IMG/VR virus record: IMGVR_UViG_3300037418_002332
Length of the DNA: 64,000 bases
Origin: a virus
Taxonomy: Duplodnaviria > Caudoviricetes
Reading direction: 5' to 3' (one strand)
Under the pieces are notes generated by a model. It saw nothing but the letters and a program-made list of their open reading frames with translations, ran no database searches and had not been told where the DNA came from. The first letter of the stretch is position 1, and every line of letters starts with the position of its first letter. Positions 10,443 to 19,372 of the stretch are shown piece by piece. The translations under genes and the position numbers were made by a program.

Positions 10443-10985
10443 ATGGAAGAGATCGATATTGAGGACATTGCCACCCATCAAAAGTCCATTTATGCTCGAC
10501 GTCCTGCTCGTATGTCCAAACGGACCGAAAATCTTCTAGCCATTGTCACTGGCTCTCTGTTGGCCGAAAAGTCTGAATATGGTGACAAGGATGGTCTTCT
10601 TGACGCAGCTGCAAAGTTTGTCAAGAATATTGAAATCGAAGCACGTTTTTATCGTGCTATTGCTCGGCTCATTGAGCTTGAAACAAAGCTCAATTTGAAG
10701 CGCGCACCAACTCACTTTTTCCGTACAACCAAGAAAGGTGATGTTCTTTTTGTTCACGACGGCACTGAATTCAAAATTGGCAATCCTGATATTGAAGTTC
10801 TCGACAATATGATTCAGCGTTATGAAGAAGACCTTGCTGATCAAGAAGCTGAAGAAGCTTTGTTGGGTTCAATTCGCAAGAAGCTTTCGCTCGACGAAAT
10901 TCGTATTCTTCGTGGTGAACGTGAACCAATTCTTGAAAAATTGAACCACGAAGAAAAAGATTATATTTCAAGAAATTGGGGTTGA
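10443..10985 (+). CDS. hypothetical protein
   Basis: GGAGG SD before ATG 10443. Confidence 0.6.
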   Translation: MEEIDIEDIATHQKSIYARRPARMSKRTENLLAIVTGSLLAEKSEYGDKDGLLDAAAKFVKNIEIEARFYRAIARLIELETKLNLKRAPTHFFRTTKKGDVLFVHDGTEFKIGNPDIEVLDNMIQRYEEDLADQEAEEALLGSIRKKLSLDEIRILRGEREPILEKLNHEEKDYISRNWG

Positions 10986-11053
10986 TTGGGCTTTACTCGG
11001 CTATCTTCTTCATATATGTATGAGTTGTTAACTTAAGATATAAAGAGGATAGA

Positions 11054-11560
11054 ATGATTGTAGAAAGACCAAGACTGTTTTTGGATTCAGACGGTGTGTT
11101 GCTGGATTTTGATGCCAAATTTATGGAATTGTCCGGTGGGTTGTCTTCATCTGAGTATGAAGATACATATGGCGCAAAGCAGTTTTGGAAGTTGATTCGT
11201 GAGCACGATGACTTTTTCTACAATTTACCCTTCATGAAGGGTGGTTGGGAACTGTGGTCTCATTGTCAGCAGTATGACCCAACCATTCTGACCGGTGCTC
11301 CATTTGGAAACTGGGCCGCACCACAAAAAATCCGAGCGGCAAAGGATCGTTTCAATACAGACAAAATCATCGTTTGCTTGTCACGTAACAAGCGTGATCA
11401 TGCTAACCCTGGTGATGTTCTGGTTGATGATCTACTGAAATATAAGCATCTGTGGGAAGAAATGGGCGGTGTCTTCGTTCACCACACTTCATTTGATACA
11501 ACCGTCGCTGCATTGAAGGAAATTTATCATGGCAAAGATTACTCATCAACAAATGTATGA
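11054..11560 (+). CDS. 5'(3')-deoxyribonucleotidase, HAD/NT5C family
   Basis: FLDSDGVLLDF, ILTG, K, LVDD HAD motifs. Confidence 0.85.
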   Translation: MIVERPRLFLDSDGVLLDFDAKFMELSGGLSSSEYEDTYGAKQFWKLIREHDDFFYNLPFMKGGWELWSHCQQYDPTILTGAPFGNWAAPQKIRAAKDRFNTDKIIVCLSRNKRDHANPGDVLVDDLLKYKHLWEEMGGVFVHHTSFDTTVAALKEIYHGKDYSSTNV

Positions 11561-11981
11561 AAATCGATTGAAGGCTGTTGAATATTTGGAACAGCCTCAA
11601 CTTCGCAAGGCTCGTGAACAACTTCGCGATAATAAGGGTGGCCGTTGTTGTCTTGGGCATATGTGCGATGCTTTTCCTGAAGCAATTTCTACGGAAAAAA
11701 ACGGTGGCCAATGGCTTTATGGCAAAGATAAAGAACCCGCTCGTGCTCCAAAAGAACTTGTAGATTTGCTTGGAATGTACACCAGTATTGGTGGCACCAA
11801 AGATTTCAATATGTTTATGAACGATAAAGGTGAATATCCATTTGGCAACACTCCTAGTCTTGCAGAAGTGAACGATCAAATGCGTGTTTCACCTCAGGCT
11901 ATAGGAAAATATTTGCGTTCGGTTATTCTCGGTGGACCAAACACTCCTTGGAAGAAAATCAAGGTGGCAAAGGCTGCTTGA
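11529..11981 (+). CDS. hypothetical protein
   Basis: GRCCLGHMCD motif. Confidence 0.6.
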   Translation: MAKITHQQMYENRLKAVEYLEQPQLRKAREQLRDNKGGRCCLGHMCDAFPEAISTEKNGGQWLYGKDKEPARAPKELVDLLGMYTSIGGTKDFNMFMNDKGEYPFGNTPSLAEVNDQMRVSPQAIGKYLRSVILGGPNTPWKKIKVAKAA

Positions 11982-12015
11982 ACAAAGTCTTCCCTAAATA
12001 GCATTGGAGATTGAA

Positions 12016-12141
12016 ATGAATTTGATCAGTTTTCTTTTCATTGCGATTACAGTTTTAGTTGCGTGGGGACTCGGTTGGGGTGGAGCAACTCTTCATACAA
12101 AATACGAAGAATGGAGACTTAGAAGAAAGTATGGAGAATAG
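12016..12141 (+). CDS. small membrane peptide (41 aa, not in ORF track)
   Basis: MNLISFLFIAITVLVAWGLGWGG...; preceded by CCTAAATA and GGAGA SD. Confidence 0.5.
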   Translation: MNLISFLFIAITVLVAWGLGWGGATLHTKYEEWRLRRKYGE

Positions 12142-12520
12142 ACAGCTAGAATTAGATTTGGGTGATAAGCTTCAAAAATGGGAGTTAATTGCCCGGAAGA
12201 TGTTGGCTACTGTCAAACACAGTAACAACACATCAGTTAGAATTTTTAAGGGTCGTAGACCCGAAGATTGGATACTTGGCACTCGAACTTTTATCTATGA
12301 TACGGATTACACATATGATCATGTTATAGATTGGGAAACTGCCAAATATCTTTATGAAAAAGTTGGAGTTTGGGACTTTTTAGATTCAGTCAAAGGCAAA
12401 CTTGACGAAGAAAAGAAGATGCGACTTCTTGATCAAGTTGTCATATGTAAAAAGTGTGGATGTGAAAAGACGATTGCTGAAATGCAATCACAGGATCATA
12501 AAGCATGTTTTGAGGGATAA
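12131..12520 (+). CDS. hypothetical protein
   Basis: C-terminal CxxC..HxxC. Confidence 0.55.
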   Translation: MENRQLELDLGDKLQKWELIARKMLATVKHSNNTSVRIFKGRRPEDWILGTRTFIYDTDYTYDHVIDWETAKYLYEKVGVWDFLDSVKGKLDEEKKMRLLDQVVICKKCGCEKTIAEMQSQDHKACFEG

Positions 12521-13432
12521 ATGTATTCAATCGCAATGCGGACATATGGACGTTCTAAAACGTTTTCCGAACGCACCTACAAGTTTTTGAAGGCTCAGAC
12601 AGGTCTCGACTTGGCTGAGCAACTTTACATTTTTGTTGCAAACAAAGAGGAAAAGGCTCTCTACGAGGAAGCCTTGAAGGATCAACCATATAAACAAATT
12701 GTTGTTGGTGTCTTGGGTATCAAGGAAGTTACTGACTTCATGTTTCATTTCTTTGGAAATGGCAAGGAAGTCTTTTTCTTTGATGACGATCTTTTTGATT
12801 TCTTTGAATTTCCTGGTCATCCATTGACAATAAAAATCCAAAAAGAATCAACAAATTTGCACAATTATTTACTCGATGGGTTTAAAACCATTCATGAAGA
12901 AGGCATATCAACTTTCGCCTTCCGGTCCATGACCAATCCACTTTTCATCAGTGGAAAAGCTTTCAAGGAAATTCGTCCACACTATTTGGTTGGTTCAGCA
13001 TGGGGTGCTGTGACTAATTTTGAACTCCATACAACCATGTTTGGGCACAATGAAGATATGGAACGTTCAGCCAAAGTTATTGAAGAAGATGGTGGTTCAT
13101 TGGTTTACAATTGGGCTGGTATGATCAGTCATATCAACAATGTTGGCCAAGGTCTCAATGAAGGTGGAATGCAATCATCAGGTGATCGCGGTGATTTTGA
13201 TGATCCTGAATCCAGATATAATCATACAAAGGCTATTGTTGATACTTTGGCGAACAAATCATTGATGCCAAAATATTTCAATGGTCCATTCTACGATGAA
13301 ACTTTGAAAGCTTGGGATTGGAAAATCAAACCATTGAACAGTTTGAGAAAATATCCAATTCGTGAAAAACGTTGGGATGAATATTTCGATTCAGTTTCCC
13401 ATGAAATTGTAACAAATAAATTGCCAATTTAG
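12521..13432 (+). CDS. GT-A glycosyltransferase, TET-associated (TAGT/GREB1-like)
   Basis: IAMRTYGRS, FFFDDD (DxD), NEDMERS, GGMQ. Confidence 0.75.
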   Translation: MYSIAMRTYGRSKTFSERTYKFLKAQTGLDLAEQLYIFVANKEEKALYEEALKDQPYKQIVVGVLGIKEVTDFMFHFFGNGKEVFFFDDDLFDFFEFPGHPLTIKIQKESTNLHNYLLDGFKTIHEEGISTFAFRSMTNPLFISGKAFKEIRPHYLVGSAWGAVTNFELHTTMFGHNEDMERSAKVIEEDGGSLVYNWAGMISHINNVGQGLNEGGMQSSGDRGDFDDPESRYNHTKAIVDTLANKSLMPKYFNGPFYDETLKAWDWKIKPLNSLRKYPIREKRWDEYFDSVSHEIVTNKLPI

Positions 13433-13441
13433 GAGAAATAA

Positions 13442-14125
13442 ATGTGTGGAGTTCTTGGTTACAAGACCATCAATCCTTGCGCAACCGATCTTGAACTCAT
13501 TCGCAATTTGTTTTTGGAAGCTGGTATTCGCGGGCAACATGCAACGGGCATTTCATGGTTAGAAGGCAAAAAAATCAACACCGTTAAACTGCCTGTGGGT
13601 TCTGAAGAGTTTGTTAAACAATTCAATTTCAACAACCTTTTGAATTTAGATGGATCAATCACAATGATTGGTCACATTCGATACTCAACTAGTGACGTTC
13701 GGTTCAATCAACCTTTTTCCAATGATAAATACGCCATCGTTCATAATGGTGTAATCAGTCAAGAATCACCTGAAAATTGGCCTATCAAATGCGAAACACG
13801 CAATGATAGCGAAATGGTGCTACACGCTTTGTCTGATTTTAAAAACTACAAACATCCTCTCGAAGAATTTCCAGATAGCAGTCAAGCTGTTGTTTTTCTC
13901 CAAAATTCATCAAATGTACTTGGTGGTTGGAGAAATGGTTTAAGACCTTTGTGGTATTCATGGGATGCCCATGAGCGATTGATTCTCGCTTCTACTGAAA
14001 ATATCTTGAAACGTGCTGGCATTAAAAATGCAATCAAAGCACCAATGAATGTTGAATTATTCATGGAAGGCGATGAATTATATCAAAATCCATATCATCC
14101 AACAAATAAGAAAGATTTACAGTAA
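13442..14125 (+). CDS. class II (Ntn) glutamine amidotransferase
   Basis: MCGVLG with catalytic Cys2, RGQHATGI, GHIRYSTS, HNGVI, NDSE. Confidence 0.85.
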   Translation: MCGVLGYKTINPCATDLELIRNLFLEAGIRGQHATGISWLEGKKINTVKLPVGSEEFVKQFNFNNLLNLDGSITMIGHIRYSTSDVRFNQPFSNDKYAIVHNGVISQESPENWPIKCETRNDSEMVLHALSDFKNYKHPLEEFPDSSQAVVFLQNSSNVLGGWRNGLRPLWYSWDAHERLILASTENILKRAGIKNAIKAPMNVELFMEGDELYQNPYHPTNKKDLQ

Positions 14126-15037
14126 ATGGGAAAATACGAACCAAGCAATTGGTCATATGGAAGTGAACTTGAATTAGGTGATGTGAAATTTGGGCAAGAA
14201 CTTCCTGAAGGAAATAGTTGGAATACCAAAGATAATACAGTTATGAATTCCAATGGTGTGGCTAATGATCCAAAGGGTGAAATTTGGCCATGGGGTGGTG
14301 AAATTAATTGTAAACCAACTTCAACCACCATTGATCAAACACGCAATTTCACTTATGTATTGAGTGAATTGTCAAAAGAAGCAAAGCCGGTTGTGAATTT
14401 CAGATCAAATCTCCATATTCACGTGCGAGTTCCAGGATTAAAAGATGACCTTGAAGCGGTTAAGAAATTGCAAAGATACATTGATTCCTATGGGCAGGAA
14501 GCATTCGACATCGTTGAGCGTATCCCGAAGCCTGATCCTAGCCAAATGTCCAAAGAAGCTTATGAAGGTGCGTACAAAAGATTCAAGCGTCGTAAAGTGA
14601 GTCATCAATACATGCTTCCAAAAAATCGTTTGGATGAAATGTATGCTGCAACTACTGTCAAGGAATTTTGGGAAGCACATGCACCAATTGGTAAAGATGG
14701 TGCTCGTATGTGGTATTTTAGTCCACGACCAGGCATCAATCTGAGACAGCTTTGGGAAGAAACGGACACGGTTGAATTCAGACATTATCCTGGAACAATT
14801 GATCCATGGGAATTTGATTCATGCGTTCGTTGGTCTAAAGAGTTTCTTTATCATGCACTTTCTGATGAACAAAAAAGACCTCTTGACTTTTACACACCAG
14901 AGGATTATAAGTTTCCAAAGTTCGGTGAATATGATTATGAGTTGGACAAAATCTTTAAGATGACCAACTTTGCTGATAATAATCGTGCAACGGTTAAGGC
15001 AAACATCGAAAAACTTCAAGCGGAAGGCAAAATATGA
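14126..15037 (+). CDS. putative amidoligase (COOH-NH2 ligase, GCS-like fold)
   Basis: YGSELEL, GGEINCKP, LHIHVR, INL, TVEFRHYPGT. Confidence 0.7.
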   Translation: MGKYEPSNWSYGSELELGDVKFGQELPEGNSWNTKDNTVMNSNGVANDPKGEIWPWGGEINCKPTSTTIDQTRNFTYVLSELSKEAKPVVNFRSNLHIHVRVPGLKDDLEAVKKLQRYIDSYGQEAFDIVERIPKPDPSQMSKEAYEGAYKRFKRRKVSHQYMLPKNRLDEMYAATTVKEFWEAHAPIGKDGARMWYFSPRPGINLRQLWEETDTVEFRHYPGTIDPWEFDSCVRWSKEFLYHALSDEQKRPLDFYTPEDYKFPKFGEYDYELDKIFKMTNFADNNRATVKANIEKLQAEGKI

Positions 15038-15603
15038 GTTTAGCTGAATTCATAGAAGAACGCGATAAACATTATTCAAATTTTGACCATTTGAAGAAAA
15101 TTCCAATCGGTGGAAAGATTCTTTTCATTTGTGTTGGAAATATCAATAGAAGTCCAGCAGCAGAGTTGATGATGAGGGATCAACTAGTCGCTCACTCCAA
15201 ACTGAACTGGATTGTATTGTCGGCAGGAATATCAGATAAAAATAAAGGCAAGTTGACTGCCAAAAAAATGCGTGATATTCTTTTGGACATGGGTTATGAA
15301 AACAATTCAGTTCGTTCACAACCTGTTACGCAGGAACTTGTTGATCAGGCTGATGTCATTTTCGTCATGGACGGCGCAAATGAACGCAAGCTAGTGGAGA
15401 AATTTGGTGAGCAAATACTATCTAAAATTCAGTACATCGGAGATTGGAACACAACTTCTTCAAGAACAATACCTGATCCCCATTTTCATAGTGGGAGTGA
15501 GATGCATCGAAAAGTTGCTTATCTTCTTGAGGGCTCTATCCACAATTTAATTGGTTATCACGAAGCCATTTATAATTTCGAAGAGCCATTGAAGGGAAAT
15601 TGA
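15034..15603 (+). CDS. low-molecular-weight protein-tyrosine-phosphatase/ArsC-fold phosphatase
   Basis: P-loop CVGNINRS (CX5R), SAG, IPDPH general-acid motif. Confidence 0.85.
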   Translation: MSLAEFIEERDKHYSNFDHLKKIPIGGKILFICVGNINRSPAAELMMRDQLVAHSKLNWIVLSAGISDKNKGKLTAKKMRDILLDMGYENNSVRSQPVTQELVDQADVIFVMDGANERKLVEKFGEQILSKIQYIGDWNTTSSRTIPDPHFHSGSEMHRKVAYLLEGSIHNLIGYHEAIYNFEEPLKGN

Positions 15604-15604
15604 T

Positions 15605-16393
15605 TTGAAAATTTTCATTCCAACATATAAGCGTGAAGGCAAACAATTTACGTTGGCCGGCATCCCTAAAGGCTGGTTGAATAAGACATATCTTGTCTGC
15701 CCAAAGGAGGAAGTTCATGATCACCCTCTTCGTGTCGATGTGCCTGTTGAGTTCATTGGTTCCATTGCGAAAACACGACAATTCATCATTGATCAAAGTG
15801 ACGATCCTCAAATAGCAATGCTGGACGATGATCTCACGTTCTACAAACGTGATGAAATTGTCAAAACTCAACGTTCTACAAGTTCTGCCATAGTTAATGA
15901 TCTATTTCATTTGATGAACGACTGGTTAGATCAAGGTGATGTATTTTGCGGAACTTCGAATTCATTTATGTCACATGAGAAACCAACTGAATATTACTAT
16001 GGAAAACCATCCCACTGTTGTTTTCTAAATCGTGATTATTTGAAGCAACATAACATCCGTTACGATGCGGTGACATATTTTGAAGATTTCCATGTTCCAA
16101 TTTCCGTAATTGAATCTGGAAAACGTTTGCGTTACAGCGGCGAATATATCTCTATTGAAAAGAAGGCAAACGCTGAAGGTGGTTGCTCAGTCAATCGTAC
16201 CAAGGAAAACAACCGTGAAGCCATGATTGAGCTTCAAAAACTTCATCCAAATTACATCACCTTAAAAGAAGACGAAAAGGCTGAAAATCAAAATCTTCAG
16301 GTTGGATTGAAGATGAGAATTGAGTTCAAAAAATTGTACGATGAATTTGTATTGGGTAAGAAAGCCAAAATTGAATATGGGAGTCTGTTTTGA
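15605..16393 (+). CDS. second TAGT-like GT-A glycosyltransferase
   Basis: MKIFIPTYKR, IAKTRQFI, MLDDD, FEDF, GGCS. Confidence 0.75.
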   Translation: MKIFIPTYKREGKQFTLAGIPKGWLNKTYLVCPKEEVHDHPLRVDVPVEFIGSIAKTRQFIIDQSDDPQIAMLDDDLTFYKRDEIVKTQRSTSSAIVNDLFHLMNDWLDQGDVFCGTSNSFMSHEKPTEYYYGKPSHCCFLNRDYLKQHNIRYDAVTYFEDFHVPISVIESGKRLRYSGEYISIEKKANAEGGCSVNRTKENNREAMIELQKLHPNYITLKEDEKAENQNLQVGLKMRIEFKKLYDEFVLGKKAKIEYGSLF

Positions 16394-16492
16394 TCAATAG
16401 ATATATTGAAATTTTCATAGATGATATCATTCCTTTCATCGTTGGTGTCATTATTCCGTTTTCAATCTTTGGATACATAATGGTGACACATC

Positions 16493-17476
16493 TTGGATAG
16501 ACTCGACACTTTCATTGATTGGTTTGGGACCTCAGTTCGTATCAACGACTGTGATCCGGCTCTATTCATGACCACTTATTTTTTCGATCGATTTGAATTT
16601 AATCTTGAGCAAAAATATTGGTTGTGCTGGATATATGGAACAACCTATCATTGGCCAACCGCATATATCATCTGGAATGAATTTCCGGACTTTGCGTTGG
16701 TTGGTTATGATAAACTCAATGAATGGAATACTGAAAATTTCAAACGTCTGAGATATCAAACGGATACTAAATGGAACAAAGGTCATTTGGCCGAAATGTT
16801 CAAATCATACCGTGATCGATTGAAAGGATATGAGAGTCAAGAAGCTTATTTTAACAAATTGTGCGACAAGCCTCATGATCCATATTCTAATTTTTTGAAC
16901 TGTTATAATGCAATCATCCGTGATTTTCATAAATTTGGCAGATATTCAACTTGGTTCTATTTGCAGATTTTAAAACAATGTGTTGGTCTGAATATCGAAC
17001 CTGAGACATTACTGTTATCTGATCCTGGTTCTGAATCCCATCGTAATGGATTTCTATATGCTATGGGCCGTGAAGATTTGATTGATCAACCGATCACCAA
17101 AGAACAATATCAAGAATTTGAAGAAATTGCTGCAACTGTTTTGAACGAAACCCGAAGACGTTTTCCAGACGTTGCACATAGAATCGACTACTTCGCTATG
17201 GAAACTTGTTTGTGTAGTTTCAAGAAACTATTCAGAACACGTGACGGCAGATATCTTGGTTATTATCTGGATAGACAAGCTGAAGAAATTCAAAAGGTTG
17301 AAAAGGATGGTTGGATCGGCATTAACTGGAAACCTCTTTGGCAATGCCGTGAAGAAATAGTGGATAAAAAATGGTTGACTAATGCTATTGATCCAGCTAA
17401 AATGCATCTATTCCTAAAAACTGGTGATATTCATGCGGAGCTTGAAAAATCCGCATTGGAAGATTTTTTCAATTGA
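16493..17476 (+). CDS. aGPT-pyrophosphorylase / amino acid:DNA transferase (clade 2-like; HhH glycosylase-like fold)
   Basis: DCDP, WIYGTTY, RYQTD, KFGRYSTWFY (HhH-like), SHRNG, METCLCSFKK, RYLGYYLDR. Confidence 0.75.
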   Translation: MDRLDTFIDWFGTSVRINDCDPALFMTTYFFDRFEFNLEQKYWLCWIYGTTYHWPTAYIIWNEFPDFALVGYDKLNEWNTENFKRLRYQTDTKWNKGHLAEMFKSYRDRLKGYESQEAYFNKLCDKPHDPYSNFLNCYNAIIRDFHKFGRYSTWFYLQILKQCVGLNIEPETLLLSDPGSESHRNGFLYAMGREDLIDQPITKEQYQEFEEIAATVLNETRRRFPDVAHRIDYFAMETCLCSFKKLFRTRDGRYLGYYLDRQAEEIQKVEKDGWIGINWKPLWQCREEIVDKKWLTNAIDPAKMHLFLKTGDIHAELEKSALEDFFN

Positions 17477-17488
17477 GGAGAATATAAA

Positions 17489-17752
17489 ATGTCAATTTTC
17501 AAAAACATTACTGAGAAACTGAAGGAAATTAAAGACGTCGCAATCGAAAAGGCTGGCGACGTAGCTGAGCTTGTTGAAGACAAGTACGATGATGCAAAGG
17601 AACTTACTTCCATTGCTATCAACAAGGCTGGCACTGCATATGAAGGTGCTCGTGATTACGCAGCAGAAAAATACGAAGATGCTAAGGAAGTGGCTGGTGA
17701 GGTTAAGACCAAAGCAAAGAAAGTTGCTGACGTAATTCGCGAAAAAGAATAA
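17489..17752 (+). CDS. small amphipathic repeat protein (LEA/apolipoprotein-like)
   Basis: repeats AIEKAG/AINKAG and KYDDAKE/KYEDAKE. Confidence 0.6.
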   Translation: MSIFKNITEKLKEIKDVAIEKAGDVAELVEDKYDDAKELTSIAINKAGTAYEGARDYAAEKYEDAKEVAGEVKTKAKKVADVIREKE

Positions 17753-17997
17753 TGCGTTTTCATTGCGTAAATATTTTTGATTGGCTATCTGATCGTAGAT
17801 ATGCCAGTTATATTAAGAAAACACATTGGCATAAAAAGTTCACTTGGTTTCCAACCAGAATGACAGATGGCGATGGAGAATGCGTTTGGTTTGAAACAAT
17901 CTGGCGCAAAGGCGAATGTGACAGTTACAATGGAACTTGGTATTGGTCATATGTGACACCAGAATTTTATAATTACAATAGGTACAATGATGTCTGA
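17752..17997 (+). CDS. hypothetical protein
   Basis: coupled ORF. Confidence 0.5.
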   Translation: MRFHCVNIFDWLSDRRYASYIKKTHWHKKFTWFPTRMTDGDGECVWFETIWRKGECDSYNGTWYWSYVTPEFYNYNRYNDV

Positions 17998-18328
17998 ACA
18001 ATATTACGAATTATCGATAACTGCTGATACCAATGATGCTGATTATGTGACTGCAACTCATAAAGTTACAATGGAAAAAATCCAGGCTTTGTTGCCTATC
18101 ATTGAAGTGATCAACAAGAAGACACTAGAACTTAAAAACCAACGTGGTTATGGTCATAATTTTCCAAATGGTGAAATTGGCGATCCACGTGAAGTGTATT
18201 CTGAGGAAGAGCTTACTGACGAACAAATTGATTTAATCAGCGATTATTTACCATATGGCGAATATGGTATTCACACAATTACTGACATCGAATATTATCC
18301 ATACCCAGAAAAGGTTAGACTTCTATAA
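17987..18328 (+). CDS. hypothetical protein
   Basis: coupled ORF. Confidence 0.55.
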   Translation: MMSEQYYELSITADTNDADYVTATHKVTMEKIQALLPIIEVINKKTLELKNQRGYGHNFPNGEIGDPREVYSEEELTDEQIDLISDYLPYGEYGIHTITDIEYYPYPEKVRLL

Positions 18329-18732
18329 TGGGATTTGCATACGATTTGAAAAAGAAAACCGCTGAAGCTCAGGCGGATTTGAAAAATAAAGAAGCTCAAG
18401 AACATCGGGAAGCAGTAAGAATTCAAAAGCTTCTGGAAGCTGAACGATCCAAAAAATTCAAACATTCCGTCAAGGAATCAACCAAAAAAATTCTTGAACA
18501 AATGGAAATTGCTGCCGCAGCTGGCAGGCATTCCTTGGAATTTGAACCAAGGACATATTTCAATTATGCTGAAAATTTTCCATTGGCTGATATCGTTCAA
18601 GAATTAAAACGTCACATTGGTGATCCTGAATTCATTTACAAAACACGATCCGAAACTGTGGACGGCGAATGGGTAGACGTCGGCGACTACAGAGAAGGAT
18701 ACACAACTCGCTGGATAGAAATTTCATGGTAA
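18328..18732 (+). CDS. hypothetical protein
   Basis: coupled ORF. Confidence 0.55.
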   Translation: MGFAYDLKKKTAEAQADLKNKEAQEHREAVRIQKLLEAERSKKFKHSVKESTKKILEQMEIAAAAGRHSLEFEPRTYFNYAENFPLADIVQELKRHIGDPEFIYKTRSETVDGEWVDVGDYREGYTTRWIEISW

Positions 18733-19316
18733 AAAGATGCGTTGCAATTGGTGGTGTTCCTGGAACTGGGAAAACCACCTTAATGTTAAAATTCATGGGT
18801 GATTTGACACCAATCACCAAACTTCGAAACTTGGTTAATGGCCATGTTTATAAGGATCGCGTGGTCCTTGGAGATTACACCAAGGATGGGTCATTCAAAG
18901 GCACTGATACATTCTCAATGGCTGTCCAACCTGAAGCTGAGGAATTCTTCAAAGAAAACAAGTTTCATGTGGTGTTTGAAGGTGATCGAATTTTCAATTC
19001 AAAAATGCTCAACTTCATCCAAGACAATGGATATGAGCTTTTGACTATCATTATTGAAGCTCCTGAGAAAATGTTGAAGGAACGTTATGCTGAACGTGGT
19101 TCAGATCAATCCGAAAAGTTTTTGTCTGGACGTAAAACGAAATATGAAAACATTAAAAACGATGCCAGTTTAAAGGTTTACACGGCTGTTCATGAAGAAC
19201 CACTCGATACTGTGAAAATCGCAGTTGCGATGTTAAAATTCATTAATGATGGCATCATCGATGATGGTACATTGAAAGAAGTCAAGCACGATTCACTGGA
19301 CGACTTTTTCTCATAA
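18726..19316 (+). CDS. P-loop nucleotide kinase of DNA-hypermodification type (5-hmdU DNA kinase-like)
   Basis: GGVPGTGKTT Walker A, GTDTFSMAVQP, VVFEGDRI, ERYAERGS. Confidence 0.75.
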   Translation: MVKRCVAIGGVPGTGKTTLMLKFMGDLTPITKLRNLVNGHVYKDRVVLGDYTKDGSFKGTDTFSMAVQPEAEEFFKENKFHVVFEGDRIFNSKMLNFIQDNGYELLTIIIEAPEKMLKERYAERGSDQSEKFLSGRKTKYENIKNDASLKVYTAVHEEPLDTVKIAVAMLKFINDGIIDDGTLKEVKHDSLDDFFS

Positions 19317-19322
19317 CCTAAA

Positions 19323-19364
19323 TTCTCCTTGGGTATAAATAACTGAAACTTATTCCAAGGAGAA
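19323..19364 (+). promoter_or_regulatory. T4-type late promoter TATAAATA inside an SD-sequestering hairpin
   Basis: perfect TTCTCCTTGG / CCAAGGAGAA arms; TATAAATA at 19334-19341. Confidence 0.8.
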
Positions 19365-19372
19365 GAAGCACT

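Noticed and set aside
3075-17272. Other GGATAGAC occurrences (about 3075, 16495, 17265)
   Set aside because: They lie in coding sequence (Leu-Asp-Arg codons), lack the closing C of GGATAGACC and I saw no flanking stem; not counted with the NAD leader motif
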